A stretch of DNA of 64,000 nucleotides from Chthoniobacterales bacterium. Its GTDB lineage: Bacteria > Verrucomicrobiota > Verrucomicrobiia > Chthoniobacterales > JACTMZ01. Numbering within the stretch: position 1 is the first letter of the stretch; every line of letters begins with the position of its first letter. The position numbers and the translations under genes were made by a program. Under the pieces are notes generated by a model. The model saw nothing but the letters and a program-made list of their open reading frames with translations. It searched no databases and was not told the origin of the DNA. This document shows, piece by piece, positions 28,703 to 38,148 of the stretch. The DNA is taken from contig JBIKLF010000001.1 in NCBI GenBank assembly GCA_044359955.1, positions 35,941-99,940 of the forward strand, written 5' to 3'.

Positions 28703-29994
28703 GGCTGTTTCCTCCCGAGTAAAAGTTCGGCGCCGAGCATCACTTGGACCACGGCTCCCGGAAGGGTTTGGCCTAGGAAGGGTGTATTGCGGCTTTTCGA
28801 CTCCATGGTATCGGCGGAAAAGTGGGTGGAGGCTTCCGGGTCGAACAGGATGAAATCGGCGGGCAGACCTTCCCGGAAGTCCGCGGCCTCGAGGCCGAGG
28901 ATGCGGCGGGGTTCGCGGGAGAAAGCGCGGATGAGAATATCCCAAGGCAGCTTGCCGGTCCGGACCAACCGGCTGAAGAGCGAGGGCAGGGCGGTTTCCA
29001 GTCCGGTGATACCGAACGGGGCGGAGGCAAAATCGAGATTCTTCTCGAACTCGGTGTGCGGGGCGTGGTCGGTGGCGAGGACGTCGATCGAGCCGTCGAG
29101 CAATCCGGCGAGAAGTGCCGCGTTGTCTTCCACGGTGCGGAGCGGCGGGTTCATCTTGAAATTGGTGTCATAGTCCGTGATGTCATCCTCGCTGAGCAGG
29201 AGGTGGTGCGGGCTGACTTCGCAGGTCACGCGAACGCCGTCCGCTTTGGCCCGCCGGATGATGTCGAGTCCGCGTGCGGTCGAGACATGCTGGATATGGA
29301 TGCGTCCGCCCGCCAGGCGGGCCAGTTGCAGGTCGCGGGCGATGCTGATTTCCTCGCTGCAAGCGGGGATGCCGGGCAGACCGAGCCGGTAGGAGCGGGC
29401 GCCCTCGTTCATCGCGCCGCCGCGGCTCAGTTCGGGCACTTCGCAGTGGCAGGCCACGAGCAGGTCGAAGTGGCGGGCGTATTCGAGGGCGCGGCGGAAA
29501 AGGTAGGCGTCGGCCACCGGGTCGCCGTCGTCGGTGATCATGACCGCGCCCTGTTGTTGCATGTCGGCAATGTCGGCCAGTTGTTGGCCGGCACGGCCCT
29601 TGGTGATACAGCCGGAGGTCCAGACCGGCACGGGCGATTGCTCGCGGGCCAGGGTGCGGACGTAGCGGACGAGTCCGCCGCTGTCGATCGGCGGGTCGGT
29701 ATTGGGCATGGCGACGATGCCGGTGAAACCGCCGCGCGCAGCGGCCCGTCCCCCGCTCCCGATCGTTTCTTCATCCTCGCGTCCGGGCTCGCGCAAATGC
29801 ACATGCATGTCGAAGAGTCCGGGCAGAAGGATTTTTCCGGTGCAGTCGAGGGATTCGACCCTGGCGGCGGGTTTGATCTCCGGCGCGACGCGTTCGATTT
29901 TTCCCTCCGCATCCACCAGGATGTCGAGCCGCCGTGGTGAGGCGTGGTCGGCATCGACGGCGCGCCCGCCGTGGAATAATCGTGGCGTGCTCAC
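28699..29994 (-). CDS. pyrC: dihydroorotase
   Basis: DMHVHLREPG and the metal-binding pattern. A GTG start at 29994 overlaps the pyrB stop (GTGA). The long track N-terminus was rejected. Confidence 0.88.
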   Translation of the reverse strand: MSTPRLFHGGRAVDADHASPRRLDILVDAEGKIERVAPEIKPAARVESLDCTGKILLPGLFDMHVHLREPGREDEETIGSGGRAAARGGFTGIVAMPNTDPPIDSGGLVRYVRTLAREQSPVPVWTSGCITKGRAGQQLADIADMQQQGAVMITDDGDPVADAYLFRRALEYARHFDLLVACHCEVPELSRGGAMNEGARSYRLGLPGIPACSEEISIARDLQLARLAGGRIHIQHVSTARGLDIIRRAKADGVRVTCEVSPHHLLLSEDDITDYDTNFKMNPPLRTVEDNAALLAGLLDGSIDVLATDHAPHTEFEKNLDFASAPFGITGLETALPSLFSRLVRTGKLPWDILIRAFSREPRRILGLEAADFREGLPADFILFDPEASTHFSADTMESKSRNTPFLGQTLPGAVVQVMLGAELLLGRKQP

Positions 29995-30965
29995 GAGGCG
30001 ACCTCCTCTTTGTCGTCGGGCAACGGGGTGACCGCGGGCTGCAGCCAGTAGAGCACGGCCATGCGGGCAGCGATGCCGTTTTCCACCTGGCGATTGATCA
30101 GGCAATGTTCGTAGGTGAGCACTTCGTCGACCAGTTCGACGCCGCGATTGACCGGACCGGGATGCATGATGCGGATACCGCGGCGGCGGCATTCGAGGAA
30201 GCGCTCGCGGGTCAGGCCGAAGACATGGTGGTATTCGCGCAGGCTGGGGAAAAAATGGGCAGCTTGCCGTTCGCGCTGCAGGCGGAGGAGGTAAACAAAA
30301 TCGGGCGACCAGTCGAGGGCCTCGTCAAAGGTGTTGAAGGCCTGCATGTAGTCGGGGCGGCCGGAGGGGATGAGAGTCGTCGGGGCGAAGATCCCGACGT
30401 CCATGTCCAGTTTACGCGCCACCGTGCTGACCGAACGGAAGACGCGCGAGTGCAGCAGGTCGCCGACCAGCAGAATGCGACGTCCGGCCAATTCACCCAC
30501 GGCCTCGCGCATGGTGAAAGCGTCGAGCAGGGCCTGGGTGGGATGCGCGTGGTTGCCGTCGCCGGCGTTGATCACCGCGGCCGGGGTATGGCGCGCGATG
30601 AAGGCGGGCACGCCGGCCGCGGCGTGGCGCACGACCATGTAATCGACCTTCATCGACTGCATGGTATCGACCGTGTCGAGGATGGACTCGCCTTTGGTCA
30701 CGCTCGACTGGGTGATGGCCAGATTGGTCACGTCGGCCGAAAGTCGTTTGGCCGCGATTTCAAAGGAGGCGCGGGTGCGGGTGGAAGGTTCGAAAAAAAG
30801 GTTGAGCACCGTCTTGCCGCGCAGGGCGGGGACTTTCTTGACCGAGCGGTCGAAGAGGTCTTTGAACGGACGTGCGGTGTCGAGGAGGAAGACGATTTCC
30901 TCGGGGGTGAGGCTCTCGATATCGAGCAGGTCCTTGCGCCGGGCTGGTGTGGCGGTCGTGCTCAT
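29991..30965 (-). CDS. pyrB: aspartate carbamoyltransferase catalytic subunit
   Basis: FFEPSTRTR and HPTQALLD motifs. Start at MSTTATP. Confidence 0.95.
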   Translation of the reverse strand: MSTTATPARRKDLLDIESLTPEEIVFLLDTARPFKDLFDRSVKKVPALRGKTVLNLFFEPSTRTRASFEIAAKRLSADVTNLAITQSSVTKGESILDTVDTMQSMKVDYMVVRHAAAGVPAFIARHTPAAVINAGDGNHAHPTQALLDAFTMREAVGELAGRRILLVGDLLHSRVFRSVSTVARKLDMDVGIFAPTTLIPSGRPDYMQAFNTFDEALDWSPDFVYLLRLQRERQAAHFFPSLREYHHVFGLTRERFLECRRRGIRIMHPGPVNRGVELVDEVLTYEHCLINRQVENGIAARMAVLYWLQPAVTPLPDDKEEVAS

Positions 30966-31510
30966 GGTTGCGCGGCGGGGCGGGTGAGGAAAACGCCCTC
31001 GCGTCCGTCGGTTTCGGTGAAGCAAACGCGCACATGGTCGTGACGTGCGGTGGAAATCGATTGCCCGAGGTAATCCGGCGCGATGGGCAACTCGCGGTGT
31101 CCGCGGTCGACGAGGACGGCGAGTTCGATGCGGGCGGGGCGGCCGTAGTCGACCAGTTCGTCGAGGGCGGCGCGGATCGTGCGTCCGGTGAAAAGGACAT
31201 CGTCAAAGAGGATGATGTGCGCGCCTTCGACCGGGAAGGGGAGGTCGGATCCGCGGATGGAGGGGATGGTGCCGAGGTTGTCGAGGTCGTCGCGGTAGAG
31301 GGCGATATCGAGGGTGCCGAAGGCGGTGTCGCGTCCGCGGGCGCGGAGGATGTCATAGACGCGACGGCAGAGGACGGCGCCGCGGGTGTGGATCCCGACG
31401 AGGGCCAGGGGATGGTCGGGATGCGCCTCGACGATTTGTGCGGCGATGCGCTCGATTTTAAGACGGATATCGGGTGCCGTGAGCAGGGATGTTTCGGCGG
31501 CTTGGTTCAT
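30962..31510 (-). CDS. pyrR: bifunctional pyr operon regulator / uracil phosphoribosyltransferase PyrR
   Basis: About 182 aa with the PRPP-binding motif ILFDDVLFTGRT and LVDRGHRELPI. The in-frame upstream extension to 31681 looks non-protein-like. Confidence 0.9.
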   Translation of the reverse strand: MNQAAETSLLTAPDIRLKIERIAAQIVEAHPDHPLALVGIHTRGAVLCRRVYDILRARGRDTAFGTLDIALYRDDLDNLGTIPSIRGSDLPFPVEGAHIILFDDVLFTGRTIRAALDELVDYGRPARIELAVLVDRGHRELPIAPDYLGQSISTARHDHVRVCFTETDGREGVFLTRPAAQP

Positions 31511-31779
31511 GGCAGGAACGCTTCGCGGCGGCGGTCGGAGGGGAAGCGGTGCATGGTGAGATGGCGGTGGATTTGCATGCCGGCCAGTCGTGCAGGGTCT
31601 CCGGAGGCGCCGGCGCGGACAGCCAGCGGGTGGACCGGGCCGCCGGAAAGGGTTGGCAGCGCGACCTCCACGTCCACCCATAGAGAGAAGATTGCGGTCT
31701 TCCCATGGAGACTCCCGGAGTTTTGACCGGAAATGTATGAGTGTTTTATCAGCCTGGAATCATCGGTGGGGGGTGGAGG

Positions 31780-31826
31780 AAAAAAAAGAAAAAACCGCCC
31801 GGTTTGCGCGTGCTTGCATCGGGCGG
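31780..31826 (-). terminator. rho-independent terminator-like element (minus strand) in the pyrR/pyrD divergent region
   Basis: Minus-strand RNA would read CCGCCCGAUGCAAGCACGCGCAAACCGGGCGG followed by UUUUUUCUUUUUUUU. This is a GC stem plus a 15-nt U-rich tract, very unusual in this GC-rich sequence. Confidence 0.6.
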
Positions 31827-31848
31827 GCGGATATTCGATTGCTGGCAG

Positions 31849-32859
31849 ATGGTGCTTTACCGGTTCATGCGTCCGTTTTTCTTTCTTCTGCCGCCCGAGG
31901 TGGCCCATGGACTGGCTTTGGCCGGCTTGGAGGCGGCATGGCGGACGGGGTTTTTGCGTGCGCCACGGGGTGCCAAGCCGGTCGAGGTGATGGGCTTGTC
32001 TTTCCCCAACCGCGTGGGTCTGGCGGCGGGGATGGACAAGGATGCGCGGCATGTCAGGGCTTGGGGGGCGTTGGGGTTTGGCTTTGTCGAAGTCGGCACG
32101 GTGACTCCGCGCCCGCAACCGGGCAATCCTCGTCCCCGGCTTTTCCGTTTGCCGGCGGCGGATGCCTTGATCAATCGCTTGGGGTTCAACAACGAAGGTG
32201 CGGCGGCGGCGGCGGCCCGCTTGGCCCGGCACCGTTCGGGCGGCGTGGTCGGCGTCAATATCGGCAAAAATGCGACCACACCTCCGGAAGGTGCGGTGGA
32301 GGATTTCCGTCAGGCCTTGCGAATGGTTTACGGCGTGGCGGACTACATTGCGGTCAATGTTTCCTCACCCAACACGGCCGGCTTGCGCGATTGGCAGGCT
32401 GCGGCGGCGCTCGATGAATTGCTGGCCGCTTTGGTCGCGGAGCGGGAGCGATTGGCTGCGGAGCATGGCAAAGTGGTGCCCTTGGCTTTGAAGTTGGCGC
32501 CCGATTTGGGGACGGAGGATCTGGCCGCTGCGGCGGCGACCGTGGCGTGCCATCCGGTGGCCGCAGTCATTGCGACCAACACAACGATCGAGCGCTCCGC
32601 AGTGGCCGGTTTGCCGCACGGGCAAGAAAAGGGCGGGTTGAGCGGCGCGCCGCTGCGGAAGCAATCCACGCACATGGTGCAGGCCTTGCGGCAGTTGCTC
32701 CCGGCTTCCGTCGCGATCATCGGGGTGGGAGGAATTTTCAGTGCGGCGGACGCCCGGGAAAAGATCCGGGCCGGGGCCGACCTCGTGCAAATTTACACGG
32801 GGTTGGTTTATCGAGGGCCGGGTTTGGTTCGCGAAATCGCGGGCGGGTTGGCAGAGTAA
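31849..32859 (+). CDS. pyrD: dihydroorotate dehydrogenase (quinone), class 2
   Basis: N-terminal LPPEVAHGLALAGL helix with GFGFVEVGTVTP and GVNIGKN motifs. Start trimmed from 31741. Confidence 0.9.
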   Translation: MVLYRFMRPFFFLLPPEVAHGLALAGLEAAWRTGFLRAPRGAKPVEVMGLSFPNRVGLAAGMDKDARHVRAWGALGFGFVEVGTVTPRPQPGNPRPRLFRLPAADALINRLGFNNEGAAAAAARLARHRSGGVVGVNIGKNATTPPEGAVEDFRQALRMVYGVADYIAVNVSSPNTAGLRDWQAAAALDELLAALVAERERLAAEHGKVVPLALKLAPDLGTEDLAAAAATVACHPVAAVIATNTTIERSAVAGLPHGQEKGGLSGAPLRKQSTHMVQALRQLLPASVAIIGVGGIFSAADAREKIRAGADLVQIYTGLVYRGPGLVREIAGGLAE

Positions 32860-32870
32860 CCGGACGAATT

Positions 32871-33650
32871 ATGGGCAGGACTTTTGACCGGACAACGCGT
32901 TGGTTTGCCAGCCTTCTGCTTGCGTTGGTCGTGACGTCCGCCCCGGCCGCCCCACCGCTGCCGTCCGCGCCGGCCGATTACGTGCTCGACGAAGCGGGTG
33001 TGCTCAGTAGCGCGCAGAGTTCGGTGCTGGCGTATGATTTGAAGCAGTTCGAGCGCGAGACGTCGAACCAGCTGGTGGTCGCCGTGTTTCCCAAGGTTCC
33101 GGACGATTATGTGATGGAGGATTTCACGCAGCGGGTGGCCGAGGCGTGGGGTGCAGGACGCAAGGACCGGGAGAATGGGATGGTGCTTTTTGTTTTCCCC
33201 GAGTCGCGTCAATTGCGGGTCGAGGTTGGCTACGGTTTGGAAGGCGCGGTGCCCGACGCGCTGGCCAACCGCATCATCAACGAAGAAATCGTGCCTTCCT
33301 TCCGCGCCGGCGATCTGGGCGGGGGAATTGTCAAAGGCGCTGATGCGCTGATGGCGGCCGCGCGTGGCGAGTACGAGGGAACCGGGCAAACCCTGGCCGA
33401 GGGGAAGCAAGGCCGGGACGACCCGGGGGCGGGCCTGGTTTTTTGGATCATCCTGATCATTGTCCTCATCGTGGTCATGCAGCGGAGCCACGGGCGCGGG
33501 GGCACGGTTTACACCCCGCGCGGACGCCGCGACGTGTTTTTCCCGGGCGGCGGTTTTGGGGGCGGAGGCTTTGGCGGGGGCGGCGGGGGCGGTGGTTTTT
33601 CAGGCGGGGGTGGGGGATTTGGCGGGGGAGGAGCGAGTGGAAGATGGTGA
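32871..33650 (+). CDS. TPM domain-containing protein (YgcG-like) with TM and Gly-rich tail
   Basis: Signal peptide, TPM/phosphatase-like domain (VLDEAGVLS, NQLVVAVFP, EVGYGLEG), one TM segment and a GGGFGGGG tail. Confidence 0.8.
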   Translation: MGRTFDRTTRWFASLLLALVVTSAPAAPPLPSAPADYVLDEAGVLSSAQSSVLAYDLKQFERETSNQLVVAVFPKVPDDYVMEDFTQRVAEAWGAGRKDRENGMVLFVFPESRQLRVEVGYGLEGAVPDALANRIINEEIVPSFRAGDLGGGIVKGADALMAAARGEYEGTGQTLAEGKQGRDDPGAGLVFWIILIIVLIVVMQRSHGRGGTVYTPRGRRDVFFPGGGFGGGGFGGGGGGGGFSGGGGGFGGGGASGRW

Positions 33651-33651
33651 T

Positions 33652-34092
33652 ATGAATGCCGCGGAATTTCTCAACCTAATCGATGAGGCGGCCGTGCTGG
33701 CCGCGGTGCGCGAGGCGGAACAACTTACTTCGGGTGAGGTGCGGGTGTTCGTTTCGCGTCGACGGTTGCGGGGACGCACGGCCCACGAGCGGGCTGGTGC
33801 GGAATTCCACCGGCTCGATATGGACACCACGGATGATCGCAATGCGGTGCTTTTCTATGTGGTGCCATGCGACCGGGCCTTTGCCGTGATCGGGGATGAA
33901 GCAGTGCACCGGAAATGCGGCCAGCGCTTCTGGGATGAGACGGCGAAAATTCTGGAAGGGGAATTTGCCGAGGGGCGATTCACCGGGGGACTGGTGGCGG
34001 GAATCCGCCGGGCGGGGAATTTGCTTGCGGAACATTTTCCCCGGCGCGGTGACGATCGCGACGAGTTGCCGGACGCTTTGGTCAGGGATTGA
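33652..34092 (+). CDS. TPM domain-containing protein (cytoplasmic-type)
   Basis: 146 aa with SGEVRVFV and NAVLFYV patterns. It starts 1 nt after the previous stop. Confidence 0.7.
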   Translation: MNAAEFLNLIDEAAVLAAVREAEQLTSGEVRVFVSRRRLRGRTAHERAGAEFHRLDMDTTDDRNAVLFYVVPCDRAFAVIGDEAVHRKCGQRFWDETAKILEGEFAEGRFTGGLVAGIRRAGNLLAEHFPRRGDDRDELPDALVRD

Positions 34093-34123
34093 GGCGGGGC
34101 GGCGTCCGCCTTGGAGTCGTCCG

Positions 34124-34933
34124 TTATTCCACGGCGGGGCCGGCCCCGAGCATTTTTTCGAAGAGCTGGTTGAGCGACGAGGCGGGCAGGCGGAGCGCTT
34201 CCTGTCCTTCGGACGGTTGCCACGCGCTGGCCGCCAATTCGCCGGCGAAGTCGAGTTTCTCGATCTCAAGGTCGAGCTCACCTTGCGGGGTGGTCACCAC
34301 CAAGCGGGTCGGTTGGCGGTTTTCCCCAATCCAAGCGCGGCCGGTGAATTCTTCCGCCTTCATCGCTTCGCGCAATTGCGGAAGGAGGCCGAACTCAAGC
34401 ACGCGGCGCTGGGGGTTTTCCTCCGTGCCGAGGTCCTTCACGTCGAAGACGAGCGGCAGGAAGGACAACATCTGCGGGTCCAAAGCGAGGGGGATGAGCG
34501 GAGGTGAGGTGGTGTCCGGGGTTTGGTCGGTAGTGTCGAAGCCGGCCGCTTGGGCCAGCGCGGTCATGGGTTCGGCGGGCACGGCCCAGAGTTCTTTGCC
34601 GTCGCGGCAGGCGGTGAGGGGTGTGGCGCTGCCCTCGCGGACCACATCAATGCGGAAGCGGTCCGGGGCCTGCACCGCAAGGCGCAGACGTGTGCCCGTG
34701 GCGGCGGCGAGCGGACCAGTGCCGCCATTGACGAGGCACTCGGCCACCATGGCTTGGGACGGACCACCGGCGGAACCTAGCAGGGCCGCGGCAATGGGGG
34801 CCAGCGCCTGGCCGAACACTTCGTAGGCGGGTCCGTCCGCCGCACGGGCCGGCAGGGCTGACCAGACGGTCAAGGCGATGGCGACGATCTTGCACGCGGC
34901 GCGGCGGGATCTAAGATAGGTCCGGTAAACCAT
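34124..34933 (-). CDS. secreted hypothetical protein (possible LolA-like fold)
   Basis: Signal peptide KIVAIALTVWSALPARA. Beta-rich with no firm domain call. Start trimmed from 35128. Confidence 0.5.
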   Translation of the reverse strand: MVYRTYLRSRRAACKIVAIALTVWSALPARAADGPAYEVFGQALAPIAAALLGSAGGPSQAMVAECLVNGGTGPLAAATGTRLRLAVQAPDRFRIDVVREGSATPLTACRDGKELWAVPAEPMTALAQAAGFDTTDQTPDTTSPPLIPLALDPQMLSFLPLVFDVKDLGTEENPQRRVLEFGLLPQLREAMKAEEFTGRAWIGENRQPTRLVVTTPQGELDLEIEKLDFAGELAASAWQPSEGQEALRLPASSLNQLFEKMLGAGPAVE

Positions 34934-35681
34934 GGTCTCATTGCTCGCGCCCGAATTCCTTGCCGCCGGCGGACTGCTCTTTGCCTTCCAAGAAACGAGC
35001 ATTTCGGGGTTGGTCATTATCGCGGCTCTCTTCATCGCCTCGATTTTCAGTTGGTCGGTCATGATCACCAAGTTCCGCATGATCCGCTTCGCACGCAAGC
35101 AAACCGAGCGATTTTTCGCCATTTTCAAAAAGCACCGCCAACCCTTGCACGTTTACGAGACCGGTTTGTTTTTCGAGGGTTCGGCGGCCTATGCGGTTTA
35201 TCGTGCCGGGTGCGAGGAACTTGCTTACCAGATGCTCGGGTCGGGCGAGGTGGATGACACGTTCTCCGCGCGGGTCGAAGTGGCCGACCGCATCAGTCCG
35301 GCGCAAATGCGTTCCGTCACCGCGGCGATGGAACGCGCGGTCGGCGAATCGGGACTGCGGATGGAATCACAAATGATCATCCTGGCCACCGCGGTGAGCG
35401 GTTCGCCTTTCCTCGGCCTGCTTGGCACGGTGTGGGGTGTGATGGATACCTTCAGCGGCGTGGCCATGGCGGGCACGCCGAATCTGGCGGCCATGGCGCC
35501 GGGCGTTTCGGGTGCGTTGCTGACCACGGTGATCGGGCTTCTCGTCGCGATTCCAGCCATGTTCGGTTACAATTTCCTCGTGACCAGCCTGCGCGCCACG
35601 ATTGTGCAGACCGACAATTTTGCGGCGCAGCTTTCATCCGATTTCGAGCACCGTTTTGTGGATTACGAGCGAAAGGGTTGA
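34932..35681 (+). CDS. exbB: MotA/TolQ/ExbB proton channel family protein
   Basis: Three TM segments and the GLLGTVWGVM / APGVSGALLTT signature. Confidence 0.85.
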   Translation: MVSLLAPEFLAAGGLLFAFQETSISGLVIIAALFIASIFSWSVMITKFRMIRFARKQTERFFAIFKKHRQPLHVYETGLFFEGSAAYAVYRAGCEELAYQMLGSGEVDDTFSARVEVADRISPAQMRSVTAAMERAVGESGLRMESQMIILATAVSGSPFLGLLGTVWGVMDTFSGVAMAGTPNLAAMAPGVSGALLTTVIGLLVAIPAMFGYNFLVTSLRATIVQTDNFAAQLSSDFEHRFVDYERKG

Positions 35682-35684
35682 ACC

Positions 35685-36101
35685 ATGCGCCGCTACTCGG
35701 ACAAACAAGCCCTGTCGACGATATCGGAAATCAACGTCACGCCGCTCCTCGATCTGGCCTTCGTGCTCCTGATCATTTTCATGATCACCACGCCTTTGCT
35801 CGAAAACAGCACGGATCTCATCGTCCCGACCAGCGAGGCGGCGGAGGGCGCGGTTGATCCGGCCAAAGTGCTCACGGTTTCGATCGATAAAAACGACGTG
35901 CTCAAACTCGATGAGGAGGAAGTAACCTTCGCCCAGTTGGAGGAAAAACTCGCCGGCTTGCGCGCGTCCGACCCGCAGACTGCGGTGGTGGTGCGTCCGC
36001 ACCGTGATTTGCCGGTGCAACGTTTTATTTCGGTGATGGACGTGATAGCCCGCGCCGGTATCACCAAAGTCGGCGTGATGACACGTCCCGAGGGGACCTG
36101 A
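35685..36101 (+). CDS. exbD: biopolymer transporter ExbD/TolR
   Basis: 138 aa with INVTPLLDLAFVLLIIFM. Confidence 0.85.
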   Translation: MRRYSDKQALSTISEINVTPLLDLAFVLLIIFMITTPLLENSTDLIVPTSEAAEGAVDPAKVLTVSIDKNDVLKLDEEEVTFAQLEEKLAGLRASDPQTAVVVRPHRDLPVQRFISVMDVIARAGITKVGVMTRPEGT

Positions 36102-36107
36102 CGCGCC

Positions 36108-36947
36108 ATGGGGGAACCCCGTTTCCGGTGGACCGTGGCCGGCGTGGCCCTCCTCCACGTCTTGGCCATCGGCTGGCTTCTCTGGTGGAGTCTGCGTGAA
36201 GTGCCCATGCCGCAGGTCACATGGATGAGTCCGGCCCAATTTCTCCCGCCCGAGGAAGAGGAGGATCCACAACCGACGCCGCCGCCGGACCCGACCAAGC
36301 CCCGCGATGAGCCCAAACCAGCCGAAACTCCGCTCACGGCGAAGAGCGAGATCCCATTGCCCACGCCGACGCCCACCCCCACTCCGGAGCCGACGCCGAC
36401 ACCAACTCCGACCCCCAAGCCCACTCCGAAGCCGACGCCCAAACCAACTCCGAAACCGTCGCCCAAACCGACGCCCAAACCGAGTCCGAAGCCCTCCCCG
36501 AAGGCCTCACCCAAGGTGAGCCCCAAGCCCAGTCCAAAGGCGTCTCCCAAGGCCTCCCCGAAGGCCACGCCCAAAGCCCCCCCGAAAGCGGAAAGTGCCG
36601 CCAGCGAATCGTCAGTTCCCAAAGCCGAAGCGGTTGGCGGCAAGGCCGGCGCCTCCGGCAGCTCGAACTTCGGATGGTATCACGAAATGATCCACGACCG
36701 GTTCTTCGGTCTCTGGGAGCAACCAACCAGCATCGTTGGTTCGGCCAAGTTCACCACGACCTTGAAAATCACCATCGCGGCCGACGGCCGGGTCAGCAAC
36801 TTTTCGGTCGTTCGCTCTTCGGGTAATGTGGTCATGGATGAAAGCGTGCTCGCCGCCGCCCGCCGGGTGAACCGGATTGACGCCCCACCCAAAGACCTGG
36901 TTTCCGGCGGGTCCTACACTGTGAATATCAACTTTGAGCTGGATTGA
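36108..36947 (+). CDS. tonB: energy transducer TonB
   Basis: N-terminal TM anchor, a long Pro-rich spacer, and a C-terminal TonB domain ([27 protein letters not shown]). Confidence 0.8.
   Translation: MGEPRFRWTVAGVALLHVLAIGWLLWWSLREVPMPQVTWMSPAQFLPPEEEEDPQPTPPPDPTKPRDEPKPAETPLTAKSEIPLPTPTPTPTPEPTPTPTPTPKPTPKPTPKPTPKPSPKPTPKPSPKPSPKASPKVSPKPSPKASPKASPKATPKAPPKAESAASESSVPKAEAVGGKAGASGSSNFGWYHEMIHDRFFGLWEQPTSIVGSAKFTTTLKITIAADGRVSNFSVVRSSGNVVMDESVLAAARRVNRIDAPPKDLVSGGSYTVNINFELD
36357..36587 (+). repeat. in-frame tandem repeat encoding about 19 units of P-(T/S/A)-P-(K/E/T) in TonB
   Basis: The 12-nt periodicity is visible in the DNA (ccgacgcccaaa variants). It encodes [28 protein letters not shown]...[11 protein letters not shown]. 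Confidence 0.9.
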
Positions 36948-36994
36948 GGGCGCCACTCGTTGATTGACCTCCGGCGCCGCGACTCCTTAAATAA

Positions 36995-38086
<1,092 letters not shown>

Positions 38087-38102
38087 AAGAGCGAAAGCAA
38101 CA

Positions 38103-38128
38103 CGGCGCCCGGGGCAACCCGGGCGCCG
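38103..38128 (+). other. perfect 11-bp GC hairpin with GCAA tetraloop between gap and pgk
   Basis: cggcgcccgggGCAAcccgggcgccg followed only by ttt. This looks like a partial terminator or mRNA-stabilising hairpin. Confidence 0.5.
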
Positions 38129-38148
38129 TTTCTCCCTCCCGCAAAACC

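Noticed and set aside
28046-31043. Plus-strand ORFs of 369-375 aa across the pyr genes (28046..29173, 28822..29940, 29934..31043)
   Set aside because: They are antisense to pyrF, pyrC and pyrB, with no domain signatures.
30962-31681. Longer PyrR start at 31681 (239 aa), and similar long N-terminal extensions in the track ORFs starting at 5522, 28945, 30192, 18574, 35128, 38029, 42074, 55613, 58959 and 60137
   Set aside because: The extensions are Arg/Pro/Gly-rich and overlap upstream genes. The homologous protein families start at the internal Met or Val that I chose.
36357-36587. Possible CRISPR-like regular repeat
   Set aside because: The period is 12 nt, in frame inside tonB, with no spacers. 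It is a coding tandem repeat.
35693-36643. 316-aa minus-strand ORF with (GLGV)n repeats
   Set aside because: It is the reverse translation of the TonB proline-rich repeat plus exbD antisense, and is not an independent gene.
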